Positions 18,077-30,516 of a stretch of 64,000 bases of DNA are shown here, in pieces. Source of the DNA: an uncultured Armatimonadetes bacterium. Its GTDB lineage: Bacteria; Armatimonadota; UBA5829; DTJY01. The translations under genes were made by a program, and so were the position numbers. Location: assembly GCA_963717145.1 (NCBI GenBank), contig OY970325.1, positions 1,568,001 through 1,632,000 of the forward strand. The letters run 5' to 3'. Each line of letters begins with the position of its first letter. Position 1 is the first letter of the stretch. The notes below the pieces were generated by a model. It did no database searches and was not told where the DNA came from. It saw only the letters and a program-made list of their open reading frames with translations.

Positions 18077-19408
18077 TTATCCCTTACCCCGCTCGCCCTC
18101 CGCCTTGCGCGCGAAGATGCGAATGGGTGTGCCCTCGTACGGATGGGTCCTGCGGATCTGATTCTCCAGATACCGCTTGTAGGAAAAGTGCATCATCTCC
18201 GGGTCATTCACGAACAGGATGATCGTCGGCGGCTTGACGGCCGGCATCGTGACATAGTAGACCTTGAACTGCCGGCCCTTGTGCGTGAGCGGGTGAGAGT
18301 CCACCGCATCGTGGATCATCCGGTTGATCGTGCCGGTCGACAGACGCATCGCATGGCTCTGTGACGCCAGGATCGCCGAGTCGACCGCCTCCCGGACTCC
18401 CGTGCCCTCCTTGGCGGATGCAAACACGATCGGGGCATACGGCATGAATACCATCTCGTCCCGGAGCTTGGCGGCAAAATCCTTCATGCTCGCGCCCTGC
18501 TCTTTCGCGAGGTCCCACTTGTTCACGACGATCACCGCCGCCTTGCCCGCCTCGTGCGCATAGCCCCCTACCCGCTTGTCGCCGTCGGTGATACCCTCGT
18601 CCGCGTCGATCAGGAGCAAAACGACATCCGTGCGCTCGATTGCACGCACTGCGCGTAAGACGGAATAGTATTCGATGGACCTCTGAATCTTTCCTGCGCG
18701 TCTGATTCCCGCGGTGTCGATCAGCACGATGGGCTGGCCCTCGTGCTCGAAAAGCGTATCAACGACATCGCGCGTCGTACCCGGGATCTCGCTCACGATC
18801 GAGCGCTCCTCTTGGAGGATGGCGTTGAGCATCGAGGACTTGCCGACGTTCGGGCGGCCGATGATCGCGATTCGAATCGCCTCCTCAGGCAGGGCCTCCT
18901 GCTCCACGACGGGAGGCAGATTCTCGACCACCTTATCGAGGAGATCGGCGACACCATGGCCCTGAATGGACGAGATCGGGAACACCTCGCCCAGGCCGAG
19001 CGAGTAGAACTCCGCCGCATCGCGTTCCTGCTTGTCGTTGTCAGCCTTATTCGCAGCCAGTAGGACCGGCTTCTTCGAACGCCTGAGGATAGCGGCCACC
19101 TCCATGTCTGCGGCGGTCATACCCTCACGGACATCGACAACGAGGACGATGACATCGGCTTCCTCCATCGCGATGTCGGCCTGCTTCCGAACCTGGGAGA
19201 TGAGCGGATCCTCGTCGCCGAGGACCATGCCGCCGGTGTCGATGAGCACGAATTCGCGCCCGATCCAATCGGCCTCAGCATACAGGCGATCGCGTGTGAT
19301 GCCGGGCGTGTCCTCGACGATCGCGATCCTCTTGCCAACCAGACGGTTGAAAAGTGTTGACTTGCCGACGTTCGGTCGGCCGACGATAGCCACTACGGAA
19401 TCAGGCAT
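18077..19408 (-). CDS. der: Ribosome biogenesis GTPase Der (EngA)
   Basis: Two tandem GTPase domains (GRPNVGKS twice, DTGG/DTAG) and a KH-like tail. Confidence 0.97.
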   Translation of the reverse strand: MPDSVVAIVGRPNVGKSTLFNRLVGKRIAIVEDTPGITRDRLYAEADWIGREFVLIDTGGMVLGDEDPLISQVRKQADIAMEEADVIVLVVDVREGMTAADMEVAAILRRSKKPVLLAANKADNDKQERDAAEFYSLGLGEVFPISSIQGHGVADLLDKVVENLPPVVEQEALPEEAIRIAIIGRPNVGKSSMLNAILQEERSIVSEIPGTTRDVVDTLFEHEGQPIVLIDTAGIRRAGKIQRSIEYYSVLRAVRAIERTDVVLLLIDADEGITDGDKRVGGYAHEAGKAAVIVVNKWDLAKEQGASMKDFAAKLRDEMVFMPYAPIVFASAKEGTGVREAVDSAILASQSHAMRLSTGTINRMIHDAVDSHPLTHKGRQFKVYYVTMPAVKPPTIILFVNDPEMMHFSYKRYLENQIRRTHPYEGTPIRIFARKAEGERGKG

Positions 19409-19418
19409 TTGTCATCCC

Positions 19419-20810
19419 TCATGTATGATCTCCGTAGGGGCGATCCTTCAACGGTCGCCCGTCAACGCCGCGGCGGGCGACCGTTGAAGGATCGCCCCTA
19501 CGGAGATCATCCCTTGTCAGTTGGTCCCAGACCGCGATCGGAGAAGGTTCGACTGCGGTAACATTGGCGTTGACGGCGTTCCTGACATCATCGAGCGTCA
19601 CGTCGTCGAGAAAGCGGCCCTCGTTCAGTGCCACCGAGGGGATCAGTACGTGTTCATCCGGCCGAACGTCGGACAGCGCACTGATGACATCCTTCCCGGC
19701 CATCAGCCCCGCGACGGTCACCGTTTCGCCGAGGAAGTCGTTCACTACCTCACAGACCCGCGCACTCACACCGGGATGCCCGCTGAGCCACTTCGCCAAC
19801 TGCTCGACCATCGGTCGGGCAAGTGAGCCGGTGACCAGGACGTACTTACCCGGATCAGGCGCGCGGCCATTCTTCCTGCGGCGGATACGGGCCAGCTCAT
19901 CGACGAAGATCCTCGACACGCCGATGCCGTCTTCGAGTTGCGGGAAGCCCTCATATGCGGCCTTTGACGGGAATCTCCGGCCGGCACGAATGTACAACTC
20001 ATCTGATGGGAAGACCAGCCGCCTCCCAAAGCGTTCCATGAACTCCTTCTGCTTGCGCCGGCACAGATCGATCACCTCGCGGGCAGGCTGCTCACCCACC
20101 GGTTCGAGCGGATAGAGGCTCTCCCGATGCTTCGTCAAGCCAACCGGCACGACGGCGATCGACTCCGTGGCGGGATACAATGATGCGAGATCATCAATTG
20201 TGCGCTCGAGATGCTCTCCATCGTTCACGCCGGGGCAGAGCACGATCTGCGTATGAAACGTGATTCGCGAATCCGCCAGCCGCCTGAGATGCTCCATGAT
20301 GCGCCCGGCCCCCGGATTCCCGAGCATCTTCGCCCGAAGATCGGGCTCGGTCGCATGCACTGAGGTATAGAGCGGCGTCATCTTCTGCGAGCAGATACGG
20401 TCCATCTCCTCGCCCGTCAGATTAGTGAGCGTTATATAGTTGCCCTGGGTGAACGAGAGGCGATAGTCGTCATCCCGGACGTAAAGTGTCGGTCTGAGGC
20501 CCTTCGGCATCTGATGGAGAAAGCAGAAGATGCACGAGTTGACACACTTGTGAACGCCATCGAATAACTCCTCCTCGAACTCGATGCCGAGGTCATCGTA
20601 GGTGTCTTTCTCGATCAGCGATGTGAAAGATCGCCCACCTCGCACGTACTCGATGGCAACCTTCTCATCCGCCGACTCGAAGCGGCACTCCAGGATGTCC
20701 CGGATCGGCTTGCCGTTGATGGAGACGATCGAGTCTCCAGGCACGAGACCCGCATCGTCCGCGGGACCGCCCTCTGCGATATGTCTGATTGTGGAGTTGA
20801 GCTTAGGCAT
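19419..20810 (-). CDS. PDZ + radical-SAM-like DUF512 protein
   Basis: CVNSCIFC, DDDYRLSF, QLEDGIG, VTVAGL; last ~28 aa are encoded by a REPIN. Confidence 0.9.
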   Translation of the reverse strand: MPKLNSTIRHIAEGGPADDAGLVPGDSIVSINGKPIRDILECRFESADEKVAIEYVRGGRSFTSLIEKDTYDDLGIEFEEELFDGVHKCVNSCIFCFLHQMPKGLRPTLYVRDDDYRLSFTQGNYITLTNLTGEEMDRICSQKMTPLYTSVHATEPDLRAKMLGNPGAGRIMEHLRRLADSRITFHTQIVLCPGVNDGEHLERTIDDLASLYPATESIAVVPVGLTKHRESLYPLEPVGEQPAREVIDLCRRKQKEFMERFGRRLVFPSDELYIRAGRRFPSKAAYEGFPQLEDGIGVSRIFVDELARIRRRKNGRAPDPGKYVLVTGSLARPMVEQLAKWLSGHPGVSARVCEVVNDFLGETVTVAGLMAGKDVISALSDVRPDEHVLIPSVALNEGRFLDDVTLDDVRNAVNANVTAVEPSPIAVWDQLTRDDLRRGDPSTVARRGVDGRPLKDRPYGDHT

Positions 20811-20833
20811 TGGATACTTCTGCGCCCCTCCTC

Positions 20834-21673
20834 TCACACCGGGATCTTGAGGCGCTCGGCGACTTCCTCTACGATCCAGTCCGGGGTCGAGGCGCCGGCG
20901 GTCAGGCCGACTCTCTCAGCTCCTTCGAACCACGAGTCGTCTATCTCATCAGCGGTCTCGACGTAGTGAGTCGGGACTCCGGTCGCCGCACACAGTTCGG
21001 CCAAACGCCGGGTATTCGCGCTGTTTCGCCCACCGACCACAATCACGACATCGACGTCCTGCGCCATCTCGACCGCCGCTGTCTGACGCTCGGAGGTCGC
21101 ATGACAGATCGTGTTGAACGCCCGGACCTCGTCGGCCAGACGGGCGACCTCGCGGACGAGTTCCGTATAGGCGTCCAGAGTCTGCGTCGTTTGCGCGACC
21201 ACCGCGACCCTCTGCCCCAGCTTGTGGGATTGAAGGTCATCTGCGCCCGAGACCACGAGTGCGTCGTCCCCTGACCTGCTCAGGATGCCTCGCACTTCAG
21301 TGTGGCCTGCGTCGCCTAGAATCACAACCTGGTAGCCCTGGTCGTGCAGATCGCCTGCCAGATTCTGAACCTTTGATACGAACGGACACGTCACGTCGAG
21401 CATTTCGATGCCCATCTCAGTCGCGTGGTCCAGGATCGGTTTCGGTACGCCATGCGAGGGCATGACTATGATGCCGCCGGTGGGTGTGTCCTCAATACTC
21501 TCGACCGCCTGCACCCCGTTCTGCGCAAGGCGTTCCACGACCTGCGGGTTGTGGATCAGCGGCCCGAGGGTGTACATCCGCTTCCCCTCGGTTCGCGCCG
21601 CTTCCATGACCGCGTCGAGCGCCCTTCGGACGCCATAGCAGAACCCGGCTGACTTGGCAGTGATGATTTGCAT
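20834..21673 (-). CDS. ispH: 4-hydroxy-3-methylbut-2-enyl diphosphate reductase
   Basis: AGFCYGV, LIHNP, TCPFV, QTT, TICHAT, SANT, TAGASTP; the longer ORF start is REP-derived. Confidence 0.95.
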   Translation of the reverse strand: MQIITAKSAGFCYGVRRALDAVMEAARTEGKRMYTLGPLIHNPQVVERLAQNGVQAVESIEDTPTGGIIVMPSHGVPKPILDHATEMGIEMLDVTCPFVSKVQNLAGDLHDQGYQVVILGDAGHTEVRGILSRSGDDALVVSGADDLQSHKLGQRVAVVAQTTQTLDAYTELVREVARLADEVRAFNTICHATSERQTAAVEMAQDVDVVIVVGGRNSANTRRLAELCAATGVPTHYVETADEIDDSWFEGAERVGLTAGASTPDWIVEEVAERLKIPV

Positions 21674-21833
21674 GGACTTCGGAGTTCCGCAGGGGCGATC
21701 CTTCAACGGTCGCCCAGTCCCAGGGGCGACCGTTGAAGGATCGCCCCTACGGAATGTGGTTTCCCAAAGCGACAAGTGCCGGCCCCGCGTTCACGAGACC
21801 GGCACCAGTAGTTCACTAAGTGAGCGCGTGGAT

Positions 21834-23417
21834 TCACGCTTGCCGACTACGCATCAATTTTAACAGACCATACTCCATGCTGTCAACCAGAGCGTTCCAA
21901 CTCGCCTCGATGATGTTCGTCGAGACGCCGACGGTGTTCCAGGTCGTCGTGCCGTCCGTGGACTCGACGATCGCGCGCACACCGGCAGCGGTTCCATCGG
22001 TCGCGTTGAGCACGCGGACCTTGAAGTCGGTGAGCTTGATGTGCGCCAACTCCTCGGGATAGAACTGCTGCAGGGCTTTGCGAAGCGCACTATCCAGCGC
22101 ATGGACCGGACCATCGCCTTCCGCAACCGTAAGCAGTTCCTGGCCGTCCGCAATGACTCTCAATGTCGCCTCCGTGATCGGCTCCGGGTCGCTGCCTCGC
22201 TGCTCGACGATCACTCGGAAGCTCTTCAGATCGAACAGCTTCTGATACGATCCGACCGCCTTCTCTATCAGCAACTCGAACGACGCCTCAGCACCCTCGA
22301 AGGAGTAGCCCTTGCTCTCGAGATCCGTCACGCGGGCGAGCACTTCGCGCGTCTCCGGCGACTGCTTCGTGAGGTCGATGCCATACTTCTCGGCCTTGTG
22401 GGCGATGCTGCTCGCGCCTGCCAACTCGGAAATGAGAATCCTGCGCTCGTTGCCTACCAGCTCGGGACACATATGCTCGTAGGTCTCCGCGTTCTTCATC
22501 ATCGCATCCACGTGGACACCGGCCTTGTGTGCGAATGCGCTTCGCCCAACGAATGGCTGGCGGTCGTTCGGGACGATATTCGCGATCTCATCGACATAGT
22601 GAGAGAGCGCCGTCAGGTCCCGCAGCGACTCATTGGGTATACAATCGAAACACAGTTTGATCTGCAGGTTTGGAATGATCGAGATCAGGTTCGCATTGCC
22701 GCACCGCTCGCCGTAGCCGTTGATCGTCCCCTGTACGTGGAGCGCGCCATGTCGGACGGCGATGATGCTGTTCGCCACCGCCAGGTCTGAGTCATTGTGC
22801 GCGTGCATGCCGACACACACATCGATGGCATCCTTGACAGCATTCAGCACTTCAACCAACTCCGACGGAAGAGCGCCGCCATTGGTCTCGCAGAGGACGA
22901 CACAGTCCGCCCCCGCCGATGCCGCTGCCTTGAGCGTCTTCAGAGCGTACTCGGGATTCGCCTTGTACCCGTCGAAGAAGTGCTCTGCGTCGTAGATGAC
23001 CTCCCTGCCCTCGTTCTTCAGGAACTGGACCGAGTCGTAGATCATCTCGATGTTTCGCTCGAGTTCGACCCGCAGGGCCTCGGTCACGTGGAGGTCCCAG
23101 GACTTGCCGAAGATCGTGACTACCGGGGTCTCCGCCTCGATCAGCTTGAGAAGGTTGTGATCCTCTTCCGCGCGGACGTGCGCGCGTCGGGTGCTCCCGA
23201 ATGCGGCCAACTTCGCGTGAGAGAGAGGGATGTTCTTCATCCGCTCGAAGAACTCCTCATGTTTCGGATTCGAGCCGGGCCATCCGCCCTCGATGTAGTC
23301 GAATCCGGCTTCGTCGAGCCGATTCGCGATCTTGATCATATCGGCGACGGTGAATGAAACTCCCTCGCCCTGCGACCCATCGCGCAACGTCGTATCGTAG
23401 ATGTATATCTTCGGCAT
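21834..23417 (-). CDS. cimA: Citramalate synthase
   Basis: YDTTLRDGSQGEG, YIEGGWPGSNPK, FGKSWDLHV, YDAEHFFDG, HAHND motifs of the CimA subfamily. Confidence 0.92.
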   Translation of the reverse strand: MPKIYIYDTTLRDGSQGEGVSFTVADMIKIANRLDEAGFDYIEGGWPGSNPKHEEFFERMKNIPLSHAKLAAFGSTRRAHVRAEEDHNLLKLIEAETPVVTIFGKSWDLHVTEALRVELERNIEMIYDSVQFLKNEGREVIYDAEHFFDGYKANPEYALKTLKAAASAGADCVVLCETNGGALPSELVEVLNAVKDAIDVCVGMHAHNDSDLAVANSIIAVRHGALHVQGTINGYGERCGNANLISIIPNLQIKLCFDCIPNESLRDLTALSHYVDEIANIVPNDRQPFVGRSAFAHKAGVHVDAMMKNAETYEHMCPELVGNERRILISELAGASSIAHKAEKYGIDLTKQSPETREVLARVTDLESKGYSFEGAEASFELLIEKAVGSYQKLFDLKSFRVIVEQRGSDPEPITEATLRVIADGQELLTVAEGDGPVHALDSALRKALQQFYPEELAHIKLTDFKVRVLNATDGTAAGVRAIVESTDGTTTWNTVGVSTNIIEASWNALVDSMEYGLLKLMRSRQA

Positions 23418-23446
23418 TGTCACCTCGATCCTCACTGATGGTGAGG

Positions 23447-23962
23447 CTACGTGCACTTCGGGCCCGCGCCCGACTGAACCTTCGCGCGGGCATAGGCGAT
23501 CAGGCCGCCGGACGCGATCAGGTTCTGCATGAACTCCGGGAACGGCTGCGCCTGGAACGTCTGGCCAGTCGTCAGGTCCTTAATCGCGCCAGTGGCGGTG
23601 TCCACCTCGACTTCATCGCCCGCGCTGATGGCATCCGCCGCCTCTGGGCACTCCAGGATCGGCAGTCCGATGTTGATTGCGTTTCGATAGAAGATTCGCG
23701 CGAACGTCCGCGCGATCACGCACGACACGCCGGCTGTCTTGATCGCGAGCGGTGCGTGCTCACGCGACGATCCGCAGCCGAAGTTGTCGGCGGCTACGAT
23801 CATATCGCCCGGCTTGACCTTCTTGACGAAATCGGCGTCGATGTCCTCCATGCAGTGCGCAGCCAGCTCGTCCGGGTCGGATGTGTTCAGATACCTCGCC
23901 GGGATGATGACATCGGTGTCCACGTTGTCGCCGTATTTGAATGCGTTGCCCTTGAGTATCAC
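23447..23962 (-). CDS. leuD: 3-isopropylmalate dehydratase small subunit
   Basis: [25 protein letters not shown] start after AGGAGG. Confidence 0.95.
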   Translation of the reverse strand: MILKGNAFKYGDNVDTDVIIPARYLNTSDPDELAAHCMEDIDADFVKKVKPGDMIVAADNFGCGSSREHAPLAIKTAGVSCVIARTFARIFYRNAINIGLPILECPEAADAISAGDEVEVDTATGAIKDLTTGQTFQAQPFPEFMQNLIASGGLIAYARAKVQSGAGPKCT

Positions 23963-23989
23963 GGTTGAAATCCTCCTGCTCACTGTGCC

Positions 23990-24106
23990 GTAGGGGAGGC
24001 CTTCAACGGCCTCCCGTCGGGCGGGCGTTGAAGCGCCGCCCATACGGCAACTGGCCGGCACAGAGGCGCGGCCACTACGTCCAGGCGGCACAAGGCACGC
24101 CCCTAC
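23990..24106. repeat. Composite cluster of different GTAG-type palindromes between leuC and leuD
   Basis: GTAGGGGAGGCC..., GGCCGGCACAGAGGCGCGGCCACTAC and GGCGGCACAAGGCACGCCCCTAC packed into ~115 bp. Confidence 0.8.
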
Positions 24107-25370
24107 ATGCCCAACTCGTCCGGGCCGCCGATGCGCCCGAGAACCGCCGATGCCGCCGCGACCGGCGGGCCCGACAGGTAGACCTCGGACTTCGGATGCC
24201 CCATCCGGCCAACGAAGTTCCGGTTCGTCGTCGCGATCGAGCGCTCACCCTCCGCGAGACAGCCCATGTGCCCACCGAGACATGGCCCGCATGTCGGCGT
24301 ACTCACCGCGCCGCCGGCCTCGACGAAGATGTCGAACAGTCCCTCGTGCATCGCCTGAGTCCAGATCTCCTGCGTCGCCGGGAGGATGATCAGCCGGACG
24401 TCAGGGTGGACCTTGCGTCCCTTCAGCACCTGAGCGGCAACTCGCAGGTCCTCGATGCGTCCGTTCGTGCACGAGCCGATGACCGACTGGTCGATCTGCA
24501 CGTTCCCGACTTCGCTGATCGGCTTCGCGTTCTCCGGCAGATGCGGGAACGACACCTGCGGCTCGAGCTTCGAACAATCTATCTCTACGATCTCCTTGTA
24601 CTTCGCGTCGGAATCGCTGGCGTAGACACTTGAACTCACGCTTGGCACGCTTCCTGACATACTCCAGCGTGATCTCGTCCGGCGGAATGATGCCGTTCTT
24701 CCCGCCGGCCTCGATTGCCATGTTGCACATGGTGAAACGATCCGCCATCGGGAGGTCATCGATCGCCTCGCCCGTGAACTCCATCGAGCAATAGAGCGCG
24801 CCGTCGACGCCGATCTTCCCGATCGTGTGGAGGATCAGATCCTTGCCGCCGACCCACTTATCGAGCTTGCCGTGGTAGACGAACTTGATCTGCTCCGGCA
24901 CCTTGAACCAGCACTCGCCGAGCGCCATCGCCGATGCGACATCGGTGCTTCCGACGCCGGTCGAGAACGCGCCGATCGCGCCATACGTGCAGGTGTGCGA
25001 GTCGCCGCCGATGATCGCATCGCCCGGGAGGACGAGTCCCGTCGTCCGGGAGCAGCGTGTGCTCGATGCCGACGCGGCCGATCTCCCAGAAGTGGGTGAC
25101 TCCGTACTTTCGAGCGAACTCGCGCATCGTCTTCACCTGCTGAGCGGACTTGATGTCCTTGGCAGGTGTGTAATGGTCCGGCACGAGCGCGATCTTCTCC
25201 TTGTCGAAGACGCAATCGACGCCGATCTGCGCGAACTCGCGGATGGCGATCGGCGCGGTGATGTCGTTCGACAGCACAAGGTCGAGCTTGGCGGTGATCA
25301 GCTCGCCCGGCTCGACGGCGCTCCTGTTACAGTGTGACGCGAGTATCTTCTCCGTTATTGTCTGGCCCAT
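24103..25370 (-). CDS. leuC: 3-isopropylmalate dehydratase large subunit (frameshifted in this sequence)
   Basis: [39 protein letters not shown] spread over several frames. Confidence 0.9.
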
Positions 25371-26910
25371 GGTCCGTGTCTTTCCTCTTCGAATGATAGT
25401 AAACCAGCTTGTTGATCGCCTGGATGTATGCCTTCGCCGATGCCTCCACGATATCGAGGCTCGCGCCGCGACCCGTATAGACGTTACGATCGTCGCCGAG
25501 CTTCACCGTGACCTCACCGAGAGCGTCGGTGCCGCCCGTGACCGCCTTGACGATGTAGTCGATGAGCGTGTGCGGAACCTGCACGATCTGGTCGATGCAC
25601 TGGTACACGGCATCGACCGATCCGACGCCGGTGGCGCAGCCGGTCAACTCGCCGCCCGCCGTCGATACCTTGATCGTGGCGGTCGGAATGCCCTCCAGGC
25701 TGGTCATCACCGTCATGTAGGCGAGTTGGTAGGCCTCGGGGATCGTGTAGACCTCATCCGCAACGATCGCCTCCAGGTCTTCGTCGAAGATCTCCTTCTT
25801 CTTGTCGGCGACCTCCTTGAACCTGGCGAACGCCTTCTCCAGCTCTTCCTTGCTCAGCTCGTATCCCAGCTCGACCAGGCGCTTATCGAAGGCGTGCCGG
25901 CCGGAGTGCTTCCCCAGGACCAGCTTGCTCTCGGTCAGCCCGATCGAAGTGGCGTCCATGATCTCATAGGTCGTCCGCTCCTGGATTACCCCGTGTTGAT
26001 GGATTCCGGCTTCGTGTGCGAACGCATTGCTGCCCACGACAGCTTTGTTCGCCTGAACCTGCAGGCCGGTGACATCGCTGACCAGACGGCTCGCGCGGTA
26101 GATCTCCTTCGTGTTGATCCCCGTGGTGATGTCCTTGAACACGTCCGCTCGTGTGTTCAGCGCCATCACCAGCTCTTCGAGGGCCGCGTTTCCCGCTCGC
26201 TCGCCAATGCCGTTGATGGTACATTCCACCTGATCGGCGCCTGCCAGGATCGCCGCCAGTGAGCCCGCCACCGCCAGGCCCAAGTCGTTGTGAAAGTGAA
26301 CGCTGAGTACAGCTTTGTCTATGTTTGGTACACGTTCCTTCAACACCCGAATGATCTCCGCGAACTCGTGCGGAATCGCGTAGCCGACCGTATCCGGGAT
26401 GTTGACCGTCGTCGCGCCTGCCTCGATGACCGCTTGAACGACCTGGCACAGGTAGTCCATGTCCGACCTGGATGAATCCTCCGCCGAGAACTCGACATCG
26501 TCGAGGTAGGACTTGGCGCGTTTGACCGAAGCGACCGCCAGATCGAGTACTTCCGCCCTGGACTTCCGCAGCTTGTGCTCGAGGTGGATGTCGGAGGTCG
26601 CGATGAACGTGTGGATTCGCGGCTTCTTCGAGTACTGCAGAGCCTCCCAGGCCCGGTCGATATCCGCGTTCGTCGCGCGGCAAAGGCCGGCTATCACCGG
26701 ACCCTTGATCTGCTGTGCGATCGTCTTGACGGACTCGAAGTCGCCGGGCGACGAGATCGGAAACCCCGCCTCGATGACATCGACATTCAGGCGGACGAGC
26801 TGTCGGGCAACCTCCAGCTTCTCTTTGATGTTCATGCTCGCCCCGGGCGACTGCTCACCGTCGCGCAGGGTCGTGTCGAAGATCCTGATACGCCTTGCCA
26901 CTTTGGACAT
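25327..26910 (-). CDS. leuA: 2-isopropylmalate synthase
   Basis: [36 protein letters not shown], regulatory domain. Confidence 0.95.
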   Translation of the reverse strand: MSKVARRIRIFDTTLRDGEQSPGASMNIKEKLEVARQLVRLNVDVIEAGFPISSPGDFESVKTIAQQIKGPVIAGLCRATNADIDRAWEALQYSKKPRIHTFIATSDIHLEHKLRKSRAEVLDLAVASVKRAKSYLDDVEFSAEDSSRSDMDYLCQVVQAVIEAGATTVNIPDTVGYAIPHEFAEIIRVLKERVPNIDKAVLSVHFHNDLGLAVAGSLAAILAGADQVECTINGIGERAGNAALEELVMALNTRADVFKDITTGINTKEIYRASRLVSDVTGLQVQANKAVVGSNAFAHEAGIHQHGVIQERTTYEIMDATSIGLTESKLVLGKHSGRHAFDKRLVELGYELSKEELEKAFARFKEVADKKKEIFDEDLEAIVADEVYTIPEAYQLAYMTVMTSLEGIPTATIKVSTAGGELTGCATGVGSVDAVYQCIDQIVQVPHTLIDYIVKAVTGGTDALGEVTVKLGDDRNVYTGRGASLDIVEASAKAYIQAINKLVYYHSKRKDTDHGPDNNGEDTRVTL

Positions 26911-27055
26911 CCCCCTTTCGTGTTTATTCTTACTCATACTCACCCTCACTCCGTAGGGGCGATCCTTCAACGGTCGCCCTACACTCGGGGCGACCGTTGA
27001 AGGATCGCCCCTACGGAGTGAGGGTGAGTAGAAATGGTGCTAGAAACCCCAACCC

Positions 27056-28050
<995 letters not shown>

Positions 28051-28185
28051 TTCATATCCTCCTGTCTTGTCATTCAGAACACAGATGACACAGATGGGAA
28101 AGGATGAGTTCGGATGGAGAAGGTCAAAGCGTGAAGCATTGCCATTCCATCAGTGCCATCCTCTGCCATCTGTCTGATCTGTGTT

Positions 28186-28686
28186 CTAAGCCTTGCTTAC
28201 GGTGTTCGTGCTCCGCGCATCATGGCGATGCGGCCGGTGCGGACCAGCTCGCTGGATCCCGTGCGCCATGAGCAGTTTCTCCATCGCGTCCACCTTGTCG
28301 ACGCTGCCGGTGACCTCGATCGTGAACGTCTTGTCGCTGATGTCGATGATCTTCGCGCGGAAGATATCCACGATCTGCATGATCTCGCCGCGCGTTGATG
28401 GCATCGGCGTTCACCTTGATCATCGCCAGTTCGCGCTCGACGATTGGCGATATCCTTGTAGTCGATCACCTTGATCACGTCGATCAGCTTGTTGAGCTGC
28501 TTCGTTGATCTGCTCCAGCACCGAGTCATCGCCGCCGACTACGATCGTCATGCGCGAGACCGTCGGGTCGTCGGTGATGCTGACCGCGAGCGACTCGATG
28601 TTGAACCCCCGGCGGGCGAACAGGCCGGAGACTCTTGCCAGCACGCCGGGCTTGTTCTCGACCAACACGGTTATCGTATGCTGCAT
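28186..28686 (-). CDS. ilvN: Acetolactate synthase small subunit (frameshifted in this sequence)
   Basis: [50 protein letters not shown] in different frames. Confidence 0.9.
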
Positions 28687-28703
28687 GAATACCTCCTGTT
28701 CAC

Positions 28704-30391
28704 CTACTCCGGTTGCTTCACCATCATCTCTTCGATGCTCTGTCCGGCGGGGATCATCGGGAACACGTTCTCCTCCGGGCACGACGCGGAAGTCCATGAT
28801 CACCGGCCGGTCGGTGATCTCGAGCGCCTTCTCGGATCGCCTCCTCGACGTCTTCCTTCTTGTCGATCCGCATTCCGACGGCGCCGTAGGCCTCGGCCAG
28901 CTTCACGAAATCCGGCTGAGCCGACATGTCCACACCGGAGTACCGCTTGTTCCAGAACAGCTCCTGCCACTGTCGCACCATGCCCAGGATAGCCGGTTGT
29001 TCAGGATCGCGACCTTGACCGGCATCTTGTTCGCGACGGCGGTCATCAGCTCCTGGATGTTCATCTGGAAGCTGCCGTCGCCCGCGATGACGAAGACCGT
29101 CTTGTCCGGGCAGCCGACCTGCGCGCCGATGGCCGCCGGGAAGTCCGTAGCCCATCGTCCCGAGTCCGCCGGACGACAGGAACTGCCGCGGGTACTTGCA
29201 CTTGTAGAACAGGGCGGACCACATCTGGTGCTGGCCGACGTCGGTGACGACGATCGCCTCGCCCTTGGTGGCCTCCCAGATCTTCTCGATCACGTACTGC
29301 GGATAGAGGCCATCCTCACCGTAGTGGAGCGGATACTCCTTCTTCCACTGCATGATCTGCTTGTTCCAGTCCGTCTCCTCGCGCGGCTCGACCTGCTTGA
29401 GCAGCTCGTGCAGGACCAGCTTGCAGTCGCCGACGATCGGGATGTCCACGTGGACGGTCTTGCCGATCTCGGCCGGGTCGATGTCGATGTGAATGACCTT
29501 CGCCTTCTGCGCGAACGCGTCGAGCTTGCCGGTGACGCGGTCATCGAACCGCGCGCCGACCGCGATCAGCAGATCGCAGTGAGCCACCGCATAGTTGGCG
29601 TAGGCCGTGCCGTGCATCCCGAGCATCCCGAGCGAATGCGGATGCGTCTCCGGTATCGCGCCCTTGCCCAGCAGCGTCGTCGCCACCAGGATGTGCGTCT
29701 TCTCCGAAAGCTCGAGAAGCTCCGGCGCGGCACCCGACGTGATGACTCCTCCGCCGGCGTAGAGCACCGGTCGCTCGGCGGCTGCAATCGCCTTCGCGGC
29801 CTTGTCGATCTGTCATCGGATGGCCGACGGTCGTAGGCTTGTACGATGGGATATCAGGCGTTTGTTACCGGCTTGTAGTCGAGCATACCGGTCGAGACAT
29901 CCATCGGGAATATCGATCAGCACCGGCCCGGGCCTGCCGGTCCTCGCGATGTGGAACGCCTCCGCCACGACGCGCGGAATGTCGTGCGCGTTCTTCACCA
30001 GATAGTTGTGCTTGGTGATCGGCATCGTGATGCCGGTGATGTCCGCTTCCTGGAACGCAGTCCTTGCCGAGCGCGGTCGTCCTGACCTGGCCGGTGATCG
30101 CGACCATCGGAATCGAGTCCATGTAGGCGGTCGCGAGTGCCGGTGACCAGGTTGGTCGCGCCCGGTCCGGACGTGGCGAGGCATACGCCCACCTTGCCCG
30201 GTCGCGCGCGCGTAGCCGTCCGCCGCGTGAGCCGCGCCCTGCTCGTGGCGCACCAGTATGTGCACAGAGCCCGTTGCAGTCATACAGGCAGTCGTAGATC
30301 GGGAGCATGACTCCGCCGGGATCCCGAATACCATCTCCACTCCCTCGTGCTTCAGCGATTCTATCAGCGCCTGTGCTCCGGTTATTTTCAA
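28704..30391 (-). CDS. ilvB: Acetolactate synthase large subunit (frameshifted in this sequence)
   Basis: [61 protein letters not shown]. Confidence 0.9.
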
Positions 30392-30408
30392 GCTCTTCCT
30401 CCACCACA

Positions 30409-30504
30409 GTTCGGGATGGAGTTGTACTCCATCCCGCATGACTGAATGCGGAGTTCAACTCCGCTGGTAGTTCCGGGTGCAGGAGTGCAACTCCTGCACC
30501 AACC
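30409..30504. repeat. Three short palindromes with a GGAGT(T/G)(G/C)(T/A)ACTCC core
   Basis: GGGATGGAGTTGTACTCCATCCC, GCGGAGTTCAACTCCGC, GGTGCAGGAGTGCAACTCCTGCACC; the same core occurs at 48693-48761. Confidence 0.75.
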
Positions 30505-30516
30505 GCCCTCTGGGGG

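Noticed and set aside
21674-21775. N-terminal ORF extensions on ispH, leuD, leuA, dapF, hisI, the phosphodiesterase and URO-D-like genes
   Set aside because: Extensions are translations of intergenic REP elements; family-typical starts lie downstream
26285-26300. LeuA motif reads HFHND rather than the usual HCHND
   Set aside because: A single substitution inside the error-rich region; both metal-binding His residues are retained
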